A DNA stretch of 64,000 nt from an uncultured delta proteobacterium (GTDB taxonomy: Bacteria > Desulfobacterota > WTBG01 > CAIYCZ01): assembly GCA_963803975.1 (NCBI GenBank), contig CAWDOY010000047.1, positions 128,001-192,000 on the forward strand, read 5' to 3'. The translations under genes and the position numbers were made by a program. Shown here piece after piece: positions 50,609-61,460 of this stretch. The notes under the pieces are model-generated. The model worked only from the letters and a program-made list of their open reading frames with translations. It had not been told where the DNA came from and did no database searches. Each line of letters begins with the position of its first letter. Position 1 is the first letter of the stretch.

Positions 50609-51925
50609 ATGGAAGAAAAGCAGCAGAAAAAGAAACCGCGGGGAAAGGTACGGCTGATTCCCGGTAAATGCATTGCCTGCGGGGCCCGGTGCCAGATATC
50701 CTGCCCGGCTGATGCTATCCAGATGAATGACCAGGGCGAGCCGGTTATTGATCTGGAAAAATGTATCGGCTGCCGCAAGTGCGTCAAGGTATGCCCTGCG
50801 GAAGCCCTGGAAATGGTGTTACCCTGAAGATGGAAAAGCTAATTACCGTGATGGCGGTTGAAAGTATAATCAAGCAAGAAACAGCCGAGGTGAAGAAAGA
50901 CTGAATCAGACATCACGGAACTGGAAGGGGTATGGGTGTTTGTGGAACAGAGCGACGGCAAGGCACATCCGGTATCGTGGGAGCTGCTGGGCGTGGGCAG
51001 AACCCTTGCCAATGACCTGGACGTGGAACTTGCCGCGTTTATCCTCGGCTCAAAGATCAGGGGGCTTGCAGACGAGGCCTTTACCTACGGCGCGGACAAG
51101 GTATATCTTATTGATGACCCCCTGCTTGCCCAGTATCGCACCGAGACCTACCTCAACGCCACCATCTCGCTTATTCGAAAATACAAGCCGGAAATTGTGC
51201 TTATGGGTGCAACCGGATTGGGCCGCGATCTGGCGGGAGCAGTGGCCACGGAGCTGAGGACCGGGCTTACTGCAGATTGCACGGGCCTGGGCATTGACAA
51301 AAAGCGGCGGCTGCTGGAGCAGACCCGCCCTGCCTTCGGCGGCAATATCATGGCCACCATCATGACCGAAAAGGTGCGGCCGCAGATGGCCTCGGTGCGG
51401 CCCCACGTTATGCCGAAGCCGGAACCGCAGGCCGGCAGAACCGGTCCCATGGTCACCGAACCATTCCTGGTCGCGGAAAATCAGATACAAAGCGCCGTCC
51501 TTGAAGTGATACCGCTGCTGACCGACGGCTCGGTCAATATTGGCGGAGCCCCGGTGATTGTGAGCGGCGGTCGCGGCATGCTGAACTCCGACAGTTTTAA
51601 ATTGCTCTTTGATCTTGCCGAGCTTCTGGGCGGTGTGGTCGGCTGCTCGCGCAGCGCGGTTGATGCGGGCTGGGTGCCCCATGAACGCCAGGTCGGGCAG
51701 ACCGGCAAAACCGTGCGGCCGAAGCTCTACATTGCCTGCGGTATTTCCGGCGCCATCCAGCACCTGGTGGGAATGCAGGATGCGGAATATATCATTGCCA
51801 TAAACAAGGACAAGAACGCACCAATTTTTGAAGTTGCGCACCTCGGCATTGTGGGTGATGTGTTCGAGGTTATTCCCGCGCTCATTGACAAGCTTCGCAA
51901 CAGCGGAGCCCATCCAGTGACCTGA
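50609..51925 (+). CDS. etfA: ETF alpha subunit with N-terminal 2[4Fe-4S] ferredoxin domain (fusion inferred across indels)
   Basis: CIACGARCQISCP and CIGCRKCVKVCP; then GVWVFVEQ, TGLTADCT, TRPAFGGN, QVGQTGKTVRP, GISGAIQH. Confidence 0.87.
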
Positions 51926-51964
51926 TAGATATATTGATGTACTGCAGGTTAGAAAGGAGCTCAC

Positions 51965-53993
51965 TTGAGCAGCGTAGAATTATTAGTCTTTTACCTGGTG
52001 TTCATCAGCGCGATGGCGCTGTTTTTAAGAAATGTTTACCGGCTCTTTGCCATGATATGCCTGGGCCGCACGGAAAACCGCTTTGACCATCTGCGGACGC
52101 GGTTTAAAAACATGTGCGTCTATGCCTTTGCCCAGGCGCGGGTCGTCAGCGAAAAATTCGGCATCAACCACTTTTTCCTGTTCTGGGGCTTCATGGTGCT
52201 GGCGCTGATCAATTTTGAATTTCTGGTGTCAGGACTGTTCCCCCGCTTTTCCCTTGATTTCATCGGCGGCATTCCCTACGGTATCCTGCTGCTCTCGGCT
52301 GATATCATGTCGCTGGTGGTTCTGGTGTGCGTGATGGTCGCGGCCGTGCGCAGGATATTTTTCCGGCCTCCCCACATCGAGGCAAGCTTTGAAGCATTTT
52401 TCATCCTCTCGCTGGTCGCGTCCCTGATGATCGCCTATTTCGGGCTGCATGCCTGTGATATACGCCTGCGGGAAGAATACATGACGTCCTGGACCCCTGT
52501 TTCTTACGCCGTTTTCACCCTCTTAGCCAATGTCCCCACCCCGACAATACACCTGCTCTCCCGCATATTCTGGTGGATTCACGCGCTGGTGCTGCTCTTT
52601 TTCTTGAACTACCTTCCCTACAGCAAGCACCTGCATATCCTGACCGCGATTCCGAACTGCTTTTTCAGAAGCTTCTCCTTTGTGACCACCATACCGCGCA
52701 TGGTCTTCAAGCGGGGGATGCGTTTTGGCATCTCCAAGATCATCCAGTTTTCCTGGAAAGACCTGCTCGATTTTCTCTCCTGCACGGAATGCGGCAGGTG
52801 CGCGCGCGCCTGCCCCGCCACCTTCACCGGCAAGCCCCTCAACCCCATGCAGGTTATTCACGAGGGCAAGCTGAACCTCATGAAAAACGGCACGGCCCTG
52901 CTCACAACGCGCGCGCCGGACACGATTGCCCCGGCGCCGGAAGATGCAGCCATGGCGGTCCCCCTGATCAACGGCGGAGAGGACAATGTCTCAGACCGAC
53001 GCCATCTGGGCATGCACCACCTGCGGGGCCTGCATGGAGAAATGCCCGGTGTTCATCGAGCACGTGCCGAAAATCATCTCGATGCGGCGCCACCTGGTAA
53101 TGGAAAAGGCTTCGTTCCCGGAAGAGCTGATCGGCTTTTTCGAGAACTCCGAGCAGCGCTTCAACCCCTGGGGCATCGCGCCCAGCGAGCGCGACAAATG
53201 GGTACATGACCGCAACACGAAAATCCTTTCCCACGGCGCGCGGGTCGAATATCTTTTTTATGTGGGCTGCGCCGGGTCCTTTGACTCCCGGAGCCGCCAG
53301 GTAACCACTGCTCTGACCAAAATATTCAATGCCGCCCATCTCTCCTGGGGCATCCTCGGAATCGAAGAAAAGTGCTGCGGCGACTCCCAGCGGCGGCTGG
53401 GCAATGAATATGTGTTTGACCAGTTTGCCCGGGAAAATATCGAGATGTTTAAAAAGTACGGGGTCAGAAAAATCATCACCTACTGCCCGCACTGCTACAG
53501 CACGCTTAAAAACGACTACCGCCAGTACGGGGCTGACTTTGAAGTCATCCACCACACCGAGCTCATCAACAGCCTCCTGCAGCGGGGCAGCATAAAGCTT
53601 AAAAAACAGCACGACTGCTCAATCGTGTATCACGACTCATGCTACCTGGGCCGCTATAATAATATTTACCGCGAGCCGCGGGAAATACTGGCGAAAGTGT
53701 GCGGCGGCAGCCAGCCCCTTGAAATGCCGCGCCGCGAGGCAAAAAGCTTCTGCTGCGGCGCCGGCGGCGGCAGGATGTGGATGGAGGAGGATACCGGCAA
53801 GCGCATCTACCTTGAGCGCACCCAGGAAGCACTTGCTACCAAACCGGCAACCATCAGCGTGGCCTGCCCCTACTGCCTGACCATGTTTGAGGACGGCGTG
53901 AAGGACGAAAAAGCCCAGGATAAAGTAAAGGTGAAAGATGTTGCAGAAATTGTCGCAGAAGCGCTGATTAACGACACCATGATTTCGATATAG
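51965..53993 (+). CDS. Membrane-bound Fe-S oxidoreductase (NarI-like TM + 2[4Fe-4S] + CCG domains; ETF:menaquinone oxidoreductase type), indel near 52990
   Basis: TM region with His, YLPYSKHLH, CTECGRC, CTTCGAC, CCG motifs, CCGAGGGRMW. Confidence 0.87.
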
Positions 53994-54027
53994 AAGCAGC
54001 GCAATAGTTATCTCAGGCAATCAGCAC

Positions 54028-54060
54028 AAAGCAGGAGCCGCAGCAGCTCCTGCTTTTTTT
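54028..54060 (+). terminator. Rho-independent terminator of etf operon
   Basis: aaagcaggagc / gctcctgctt followed by T-run. Confidence 0.75.
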
Positions 54061-54391
54061 AATGACTTTTTATTAGTTTATTAGGGACAACCACCACATA
54101 CTCCGCTTTGTTTTCGTGAAATCCTCATAGAGACTACGTACAGCGCCCGTTGATTTTAAACAGCTTTCAGCAGGCAGCTATCAGCAATTGTTTATCGCTT
54201 GTTGCGGCGGCGTTGAATGCGCCTCGCAATGACTATTTAAAACGAGTGTGAGCGGATGTTTATTAACGCATGGAGCAATCATTAGATCAGTAAGCGCTGT
54301 TTGTAGACGTTTTGGAACTGCTCCGGTATGTCTGCCTATTTCCCTCTTCATAAAACCAGTTACCTTTTGCTCCACAACTCATAATCCAGGT

Positions 54392-55728
54392 CAAGCGTGT
54401 CCTAAACCTGGGTTGTAATTTCTTCAAAACACAAAATAAATCATTATGATAAATAGCGAAATTGGTTTTTTCGATTTGAAATTCTCTCTATACTCGTGCC
54501 ATTCCCTTAACCCAACAACCAATAAAGGAGTGGCATATGAATTCAGGCAAGACAATTTTTGCTCAGGTCATGGATTTTCTCCCAACCTACGAATTTAACA
54601 AATGTGTAAACCGCTATCACGGCAATTATCAGGTAAAAAGCTTTTCATGTTTAGATCAATTTCTCTGTATGGCTTTTGCCCAACTTACCTACAGAGAAAG
54701 TCTTCGCGATATTGAAGCATGTCTGCGTGCACGGCAGAATAAACTCTACCATATGGGAATCCACAGCACTATTTCAAAAAGCAATCTGGCCTATACTAAT
54801 GAACAGCGGGACTGGCGTATATATGCTGACTTTGCTCAAGTACTGATTCATCAGGCCAGAGCCTTATATAAAGACGATACGTTCGGCGTAGAACTTGATC
54901 AGACCGTGTATGCCCTTGATTCTACAACCATTGATCTATGCCTTTCGTTATTCCCGTGGGCGCGATTTCGCAAACACAAGGCTGCCATTAAATTGCATAC
55001 GCTCATGGATCTGCGGGGGAGCATCCCTTCATTCATCAAGATTACCGATGGCAAAGTCCATGATGTACATATGCTTGATGTTCTCATTCCCGAACCAGGT
55101 TCTTTTTATGTCGTTGATAGAGGGTATCTGGATTTTTCCCGGTTATACTCGCTGGCTCAATTACTGGCATTCTTTGTCATTCGTGCTAAACACAATCTCG
55201 CTGCCCGAAGAATTTATTCCCACCAGGTCGATAAAGCAGCCGGTCTTATCTGTGATCAAACGGTGATGCTCACGGGATACCAATCACTCAGAGACTACCC
55301 TGATAAGTTGCGCCGGGTTCGTTATTTCGATACCGAGAAAAATAAGCAGTTGATCTTTCTCACCAATTGTTTCTCTCTGCCAGCCCTCACCATTACCCTG
55401 CTTTATAAAAGCCGCTGGCAGATAGAATTATTCTTTAAATGGATCAAACAGCATCTGCGCATAAAATCATTTTATGGCACTTCTGAGAATGCGGTAAAAA
55501 CCCAGATATGGATCGCCATCTCAGTCTATGTGCTGATTGCCATTATTAGAAAACGACTCAAGATAGATATCAGTCTCTACACTTTTTTACAAATCCTGAG
55601 TGTCACGGTCTTTGAAAAAGCTCCTCTTATTCAATTGGTTGCAAACTTTGATTACAATAAAATCCAAGTTGTCAACAATGTCCCCGCTAACCAGTTGACT
55701 TTATTTGACTATTCTTAGGACGCTTTTG
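54392..55728 (+). mobile_element. IS4 family insertion sequence with 9-bp target duplication AATCCAGGT
   Basis: Imperfect TIRs caagcgtgtcctaa / ttaggacgcttttg; direct repeats at 54383-54391 and 55729-55737. Confidence 0.88.
54537..55718 (+). CDS. IS4 family transposase (DUF4372 + DDE)
   Basis: QLTYRESLRDIE, ALDSTTIDL, VDRGY, YKSRWQIELFFKWIKQ. Confidence 0.93.
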   Translation: MNSGKTIFAQVMDFLPTYEFNKCVNRYHGNYQVKSFSCLDQFLCMAFAQLTYRESLRDIEACLRARQNKLYHMGIHSTISKSNLAYTNEQRDWRIYADFAQVLIHQARALYKDDTFGVELDQTVYALDSTTIDLCLSLFPWARFRKHKAAIKLHTLMDLRGSIPSFIKITDGKVHDVHMLDVLIPEPGSFYVVDRGYLDFSRLYSLAQLLAFFVIRAKHNLAARRIYSHQVDKAAGLICDQTVMLTGYQSLRDYPDKLRRVRYFDTEKNKQLIFLTNCFSLPALTITLLYKSRWQIELFFKWIKQHLRIKSFYGTSENAVKTQIWIAISVYVLIAIIRKRLKIDISLYTFLQILSVTVFEKAPLIQLVANFDYNKIQVVNNVPANQLTLFDYS

Positions 55729-55954
55729 AATCCAGGTAACATGCTAAGTCAAGCACGTCCTCTTTGCAGTTGTATCTTAAAAGCTAAAAAAATTCACTCG
55801 CGGGTCAAACGTCACTACGTTAAAACCCGACACTACCCCCTGGAGGTCCTCTGACAATGTCCCCCATTTTTTTTGGACACAAGGAATTTTTGTTGTTATA
55901 TAAGGGGCATGAAACAAAGCGGGCAAGAATTTTCCGTCGAGACAATACAATGGA

Positions 55955-57658
55955 GTAACTATTCAGCACATTGATCTTTGACATTCATAAATTCAGGCCA
56001 CTGTCCCTGAAACAGTAGACGCAAAGCTTGGGTCGCAGTAATTCCTTGTTTCCTACAAGTCGACAGATAGCTTCGGATTCGGCAGAAGATTTTTGCGCCG
56101 TCCATTGATCTAAAGCAACCTGATATCTTCTGTTGTACCTTGGTCATCCGCAGGTCATTTTCAGCCTGATTGTTTGAGAAAGGTACGTTGGTTTCAACCA
56201 TGAATCGCAATGTTTCTTTCTCGAAGTCTCGCAAGCGTTCCAGAAGATTTCTTGCTTTTGATCGTGCCGTTTTACCTTGTATCTTTTTCTGCTGTTTCAT
56301 CTGGTGGCGGGCATTCCTGTTCAGCTTCAAACAGCAGAACCCGGTAACGTTTTCTGTAATGTTCCGACGCTGCTGTTTCAAGGCGACCTCCTGCATCATG
56401 GGTGGCCTTGTTGATTTCCTTCAGAAGGACAATCATCTTCTCTGCCCACATTTGCTTGTCTTGCTCGAACACTCTTTCAAGCTCTCGCAGGTGATGGGCA
56501 TTGCAAAGCGCATGGGAGCTGCCGTATCTGAAGTAGGGTTTCCAATGATCGTGACAGATGGTGCCTTGGTACTTTGGCAGTATCCCCATCTCGTCTATCG
56601 CTTCACATCCTCGTTTGGCGTGGGGATAAAAGCAGGTAAAGCTGTCATTAGAGACATTATGCAGCCAACGTCTGATGCCACCGATATTGATACCGGTTTC
56701 GTCGCTATGAATGAGCGATGATACCACAAGCTGCTCTTTGACCCATGACTCAAAGAACTCAAGGCGATCAAAAGCATCCTTGTTTGAATTATAGATCGTT
56801 CCGGCACTGACCGGAATACCAATCTGATCCTGGAAGTGATCCTCGATGCGGTTGTACGGGATCAGCTGATACTGGGACATATAGACAGCGTTGACCTTGA
56901 CACCGATACCGTATTGCACCGGCCTGGTAACGTCTTTCGGAAAAGGAGCTACGTAGCGCTTGCCATTTTGATCTTCCAGTATCTCGGCCTGCCATTCGGT
57001 AACAAACATGCTGATATCCAGATCGACTACCTGGCGGCTCTCGTATCCAACTGGTCGATAGTTACCTGGTGGCAAGGTGCTTCTGTCAACCGGGATCACC
57101 TTGACCAGGTCCGGATCGGGAAACGGCTTCAATGTGGTTCCGATATGTCCATGCTGTCCACCTGGTTTGCGTACACCGGGTTCTTTCGGCCCTTTCTTTC
57201 GATTGGGATCAGATGACGGCGGCTTGCTGCTGTTCTTACTGTTGAGTCCCAAGCGGTTGGCTAAAATGGTAACAAGAAGCAGCAGCACTTCAAGACTGGC
57301 CTTTAGTGCCGGAGATAAATTCGTCTCGGAGGCAATCAGGTCGTTAACCCGTTTGATGGCTGCTTCTACGTTAATGTTCTCAACTGTCATTCAGATACCC
57401 GTGTTTTGTGATGAGCCACTATAACACAGGTTTTTGAGGGCCTATTTTTCGCGCCAGGCGGCCATATAAGGCGCTATTATATTTTACGTACGGACCGCTC
57501 TGTTATGGTGCTCTGCAATCACGACAGATGGCCCACAGAGCCTTCAAGAGTGGGTTACGAGAGAGGCTTCAAGGTGAGTCGATTTTTCAAAAATCGTCCA
57601 AAACCCCTGTCAAGAACTTTTTTCAAAGAACGCAAAATAAATTATACTGAATAGTTAC
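55955..57658 (-). mobile_element. IS66 family (single-ORF, ISBst12-like) insertion sequence
   Basis: 12-bp perfect TIR gtaactattcag / ctgaatagttac; no target duplication seen. Confidence 0.85.
55959..57390 (-). CDS. IS66 family transposase, one indel near 56280
   Basis: NSSKPPSSD, HSDETG, CNAHHLREL, PFSNNQAENDLR..KVQQKISGCFRS. Confidence 0.9.
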
Positions 57659-57692
57659 AAAAAATGAATGTTAAAATACTTGAGGTGCCATT

Positions 57693-57911
57693 ATGACCAC
57701 CTATTCATGTTCAAAAGCTCAGCAAAACCTTGATATGATACTAAAAAAAGCTGACAAAGAAGGTGGTGTCAGGATAAAAACAACGGATGGAAAGTTTTTT
57801 ATTATAAAGCCGGAGGCCGGACTCCCATCACCTCTTGATGTGAAGGGGATTAACCTTGGATTAACAACAAGTGAAATTATCGACTTCATTCATGAAGGAA
57901 GAAAAAAATAA
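57693..57911 (+). CDS. Phd/YefM-like type II antitoxin (toxin apparently truncated)
   Basis: YSCSKAQQNL..ILKKA..GGVRI; C-terminal SPLDVKGI..EIIDFIHEGR. Confidence 0.65.
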   Translation: MTTYSCSKAQQNLDMILKKADKEGGVRIKTTDGKFFIIKPEAGLPSPLDVKGINLGLTTSEIIDFIHEGRKK

Positions 57912-58608
57912 TCACCTCCCGAAATGCATATCCATTGACCGCTCCACCCCGCCCTTTGCGCCGAACAGAACCTTCCATATGCCGACTCCCGGGTCATGGT
58001 CAACCAGTGTTTTCAGGTAGTCTTCAAAAACCTCCTGCGTTTTCTTCAAATCTTCCCCTGCCACCGGTTTTGCCCGGTCAACCATGTCGCAGAACAGGTT
58101 CAGGTATTCCTTCCACAGACTTACAGCCTGTTCTTCCAGTTCCTCCGGTATCACCACCTGGCAGGCTGCCTTTGAGAACACTTCCTGGATTTTATCCTGC
58201 CGCCGTTTCGTATATTTCAATTAATTCCGGATAGCGCTCCTGAACTTTCAGCATCTCTCCAAACAGGGCTGAATCATCGTGATGGGTTTTGCCGGTGCGG
58301 TGGATGTCCACAATGACCATCCTCTTTTTCCCGGTGCGCATAATTTCTCCCGCAAATACCGGCAGGTCAAGCTCCACCCGCGGCCGGATAAACATGGAGC
58401 GCACAGAAAAATAAACTGGCAGATCCGGCCGGATAAAGACGATGCGCAGCAGTTTGTCCGTGCTGAACACCTCGCCGTTTATGTTCATGAGCCCGAGTGC
58501 GCGAACCGGGCGCTCCGGGAACGGATGTTTTAATTTCACCGGCTCAAGCATATACCGCTTCCTCAGCTCTTCCTGCACAATAGAATGTATGTCCATTAAG
58601 CTCTTCAT
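57912..58608 (-). CDS. Ferredoxin-dependent bilin reductase / RCC reductase-like protein, indel near 58220
   Basis: P..ELDLPVF..E....IVD core and Y....HDPG..VLFG......HF C-terminus; about 230 aa when joined. Confidence 0.55.
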
Positions 58609-58648
58609 ACAACTAATCCTCCATGTTTAACAAAAAGCTTAAGTTCAG

Positions 58649-58725
58649 CGAGTGCGGGAGTTGAGGAGTTTAGGCGTTGAGAAACTCCAGCACCCGTAAC
58701 TCCTTAACTCTGAATCTCACAACTT
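58649..58725. repeat. Inverted GGAGTT/AACTCC unit array
   Basis: gggagttgaggagtttaggcgttgagaaactccagcacccgtaactccttaactc. Confidence 0.6.
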
Positions 58726-58815
58726 TTGTGCATGTCAATCTTGTGAGGAATTAAAATTTTTGTATCCCTTTATTTATATGATATATTTTAAGAAAACAAA
58801 CCGTGCTGTAGAAGA

Positions 58816-59742
58816 ATGGGAAAACCTGTGGCGCAGTATATCATTGAAGCAGAAGGTCTGACAAAGAAATTTGACGGCTTTACGGCAGTTGACGGAATAA
58901 ATTTTCATGTCACTGCCGGCGAGTGCTTCGGCATCCTGGGGCCCAACGGTGCCGGAAAAACCACCACGGTGCGCATGGTGTACGGGTTCTCCCCCAAAAC
59001 CGCCGGAACGCTGAAAGTGTTCGGCCTCGACATTGAGAAGGACTGGCGAAGCATTAAGTCGCGCATCGGCGTATGCCAGCAGGAAAACAGTCTTGACCCG
59101 GATCTCTCCGTGGAACAGAACCTGCTGGTATTTGCCCGCTATTTTGATATCCCCTCCGGCAGGGCACGCGAAAAGGCGCAGCAGCTTCTTCAGTTCATCT
59201 CCCTTGATAACCGCCGGGGTGCAAAAGTAACCGAGCTTTCCGGCGGCATGATGCGCAGGATGATTCTGGCGCGCTCCCTTATCAATGACCCCGAGCTTTT
59301 AATCCTTGATGAACCCACCACCGGCCTTGACCCCCAGGCCCGCCACCAGCTCTGGCAGCGGCTTGAGGAGCTGAAAGCAGGCGGCCTCACCATTTTACTG
59401 ACCACCCACTACATGGATGAGGCCTCCCGGCTCTGTGACCGGCTGGTAATCATGCACCAGGGGAAAATCCTTGTTGAAGGAAAGCCCGCTGATTTAATCC
59501 GGGAACATGTCGGCCACAATGTCATAGAGGTCGATGACCCGGCAGAGAACTTAAGGGCATTTGTTAAATCGCAGAGCCTTGAATGTGAAGACCTGGGCCA
59601 CCGCCTGATAATCTATGGCCAGGGCAGAGATGATCTGTTCCATGAAATCGGCGACCGCTTTTGCACGGGAGGCTGCATACTGCGCATGGCAACCCTTGAG
59701 GATGTATTTCTCAAGCTGACCGGAAGGGAGCTTAAGGAATGA
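58816..59742 (+). CDS. ABC-2 exporter ATPase (NodI/DrrA-like)
   Basis: GPNGAGKTT, LSGGMMRR, LDEPTTGLDPQAR, TTHYMDEA. Confidence 0.9.
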   Translation: MGKPVAQYIIEAEGLTKKFDGFTAVDGINFHVTAGECFGILGPNGAGKTTTVRMVYGFSPKTAGTLKVFGLDIEKDWRSIKSRIGVCQQENSLDPDLSVEQNLLVFARYFDIPSGRAREKAQQLLQFISLDNRRGAKVTELSGGMMRRMILARSLINDPELLILDEPTTGLDPQARHQLWQRLEELKAGGLTILLTTHYMDEASRLCDRLVIMHQGKILVEGKPADLIREHVGHNVIEVDDPAENLRAFVKSQSLECEDLGHRLIIYGQGRDDLFHEIGDRFCTGGCILRMATLEDVFLKLTGRELKE

Positions 59743-60531
59743 ACAACCTGTTATCCGTGAGCATCTCAAAGCGCTTCTGGCGCGTCTGGCAGCGAAACTT
59801 TACCGTGTACCAGAAGATATGGAAAATCAGCTTTATCCCGCCGCTGTTTGAGCCGCTCTTCTATCTGCTTGCCTTTGGCATCGGCCTGGGCGCCCTGGTA
59901 GGTAAAATCTCCTATCATGGCGCGCCGGTTTCCTATATTGCTTTCTTAGCCCCTGCGCTCATTGCAGTAAATATTATGAACAATGCCTTCTTTGAAAACA
60001 CCTACGCATCATTTGTGCGCATGTACCATCAGAAAACCTTTGACGCTATGCTGGCAACCCCGCTGTCAATTGATGAGATCATCACCGGCGAGATAATCTG
60101 GGGCGCGACAAAATCGGTAATCGCCACCGCTATCATGCTGACCGTAATCAGCCTGTTCGGACTCATTCATTACCCTTCCGGCCTCCTGATACTACCGCTT
60201 GCCTTTCTCGGCGGCATCGCCTTTGGCGCCATCGGCATGTATTTCACCGGCATCACACCGACCATTGATATGTTTAACCTGCCGATATTTCTTTTTGTCA
60301 CACCCATGTTTCTTTTCAGCGGAACATTTTTCCCGGCTGAAAATCTGCCCGCATGGGCGCAGGCCATGGCCCTTATCTTCCCGCTCACCCACCTGGTCAC
60401 GCTGGTGCGCGCGCTCAGCCTCGGGTCGATTACTGCTCATCTGCTGTGGAGCGTTATGTACCTTGTTATCTTCTGCCTGGTCTTCTTCCCGCTCGCCCTC
60501 ATAAAAATGCGCCGGACGACTTATCAAGTAA
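59739..60531 (+). CDS. ABC-2 exporter permease (NodJ-like)
   Basis: EPLFYLLAFGIGLG, PMFLFSGTFFP; true stop probably 60529-60531 (indel). Confidence 0.87.
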
Positions 60532-60748
60532 TAGCCCATAATATTTATATGTTCCGGCTATTGCCTGTACCTGAAACCCACCACCTTGTCTAAAATTGAA
60601 GACATCACATAACTACCTCACAACTCCTCACATTTTCTTTTTTCAATAATTTCCCTGAAGCAAAACAAAACTGCTCACTTCCTGCCGATGAAATCTTTAA
60701 AACAAAAATAGCAAACCAATTCAGCCGGTTAATTCATAGCGGCAATAC

Positions 60749-60763
60749 TGGCACAGGACTTGC
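60749..60763 (+). promoter_or_regulatory. Sigma-54 (-24/-12) promoter
   Basis: TGGCAC-AGGAC-TTGC, consensus spacing, about 115 nt before ORF 60878. Confidence 0.7.
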
Positions 60764-60877
60764 GATAGTGCTTCAGCAAATAACGCGCGTTACACAAAGA
60801 GCATCCCGGACAAACAGGTTTTAAAGTCGGGAATAACAAACACAGGCAAACACAACAAATCAGAGGAGGAAAAGACC

Positions 60878-61192
60878 ATGTTAAAAAGATTCTTGAGCAT
60901 CTCATTACTGCTGGCAGTTATTGCCGCGTTCACCATCCCGGCATTTGCCGAAGAAACACCTGCAGCGGCGCCGGCTCCTGAAAAACAGGTCGCTGCCGAG
61001 AAAAGCATAGTAAAAGGCACAATAGAAGCGCTGGATACCAAAGAGAAGAAAATCACCATTGACGGAACCGTCTATACCCTTGGCCGCCGGGCTGCCAAAG
61101 CTGACGTTAAAGTTGGCGATGTGGTGGAAGCAACGGTAAAGGATGGCAAGGTGAAGTCAATTGCCAAGGCACCGGCAACGGCTAAAGAGTGA
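60878..61192 (+). CDS. Small periplasmic protein, probable OB-fold (DUF1344/DUF5666-like)
   Basis: Signal peptide AFA, KGTIEALD..KITIDG..VKVGDVV; RBS GAGGAGG. Confidence 0.7.
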   Translation: MLKRFLSISLLLAVIAAFTIPAFAEETPAAAPAPEKQVAAEKSIVKGTIEALDTKEKKITIDGTVYTLGRRAAKADVKVGDVVEATVKDGKVKSIAKAPATAKE

Positions 61193-61460
61193 GTATGCTG
61201 TCATGTAAAAGATTCCCCTCGCAGGAAGAACCCTGCGGGGGGTGAACAAATGCTGCACCGGCAGTTCGCACAAAAACATCTGATAGTCGGTGGCAGATAC
61301 AACAATAAACCAGGGGAGAATGAGCCATGCGGTCAACACATATAAAACCGGATGAAATAATCTCATTGCTTAAACACCGTCGTCTGTTGCTGCTGGCATG
61401 CTTTCTCAGATTAATAAAAGTGCGTTATACGGTAGAACAAGCGAAAGGAGGTGAGATACG

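Noticed and set aside
39990..50910. Premature TGA/TAA in fadD, purB and etfA as selenocysteine or read-through
   Set aside because: Homology resumes in a different frame, which indicates indels rather than recoding.
14921..51964. Long antisense ORFs (e.g. 14921-15742, 40843-41697, 51050-51964)
   Set aside because: Shadow frames of well-supported GC-rich genes with no recognisable motifs.
55750..55761. caagcacgtcct as a second IS4 end
   Set aside because: No partner end or transposase; it falls inside the reconstructed gene relic.
3714..58725. Short repeat arrays as CRISPR
   Set aside because: Units are 7-9 nt, degenerate and inverted, with no spacers and no cas genes.
58816..60531. Nodulation genes nodIJ
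   Set aside because: Generic ABC-2 exporter family; no nodABC present.
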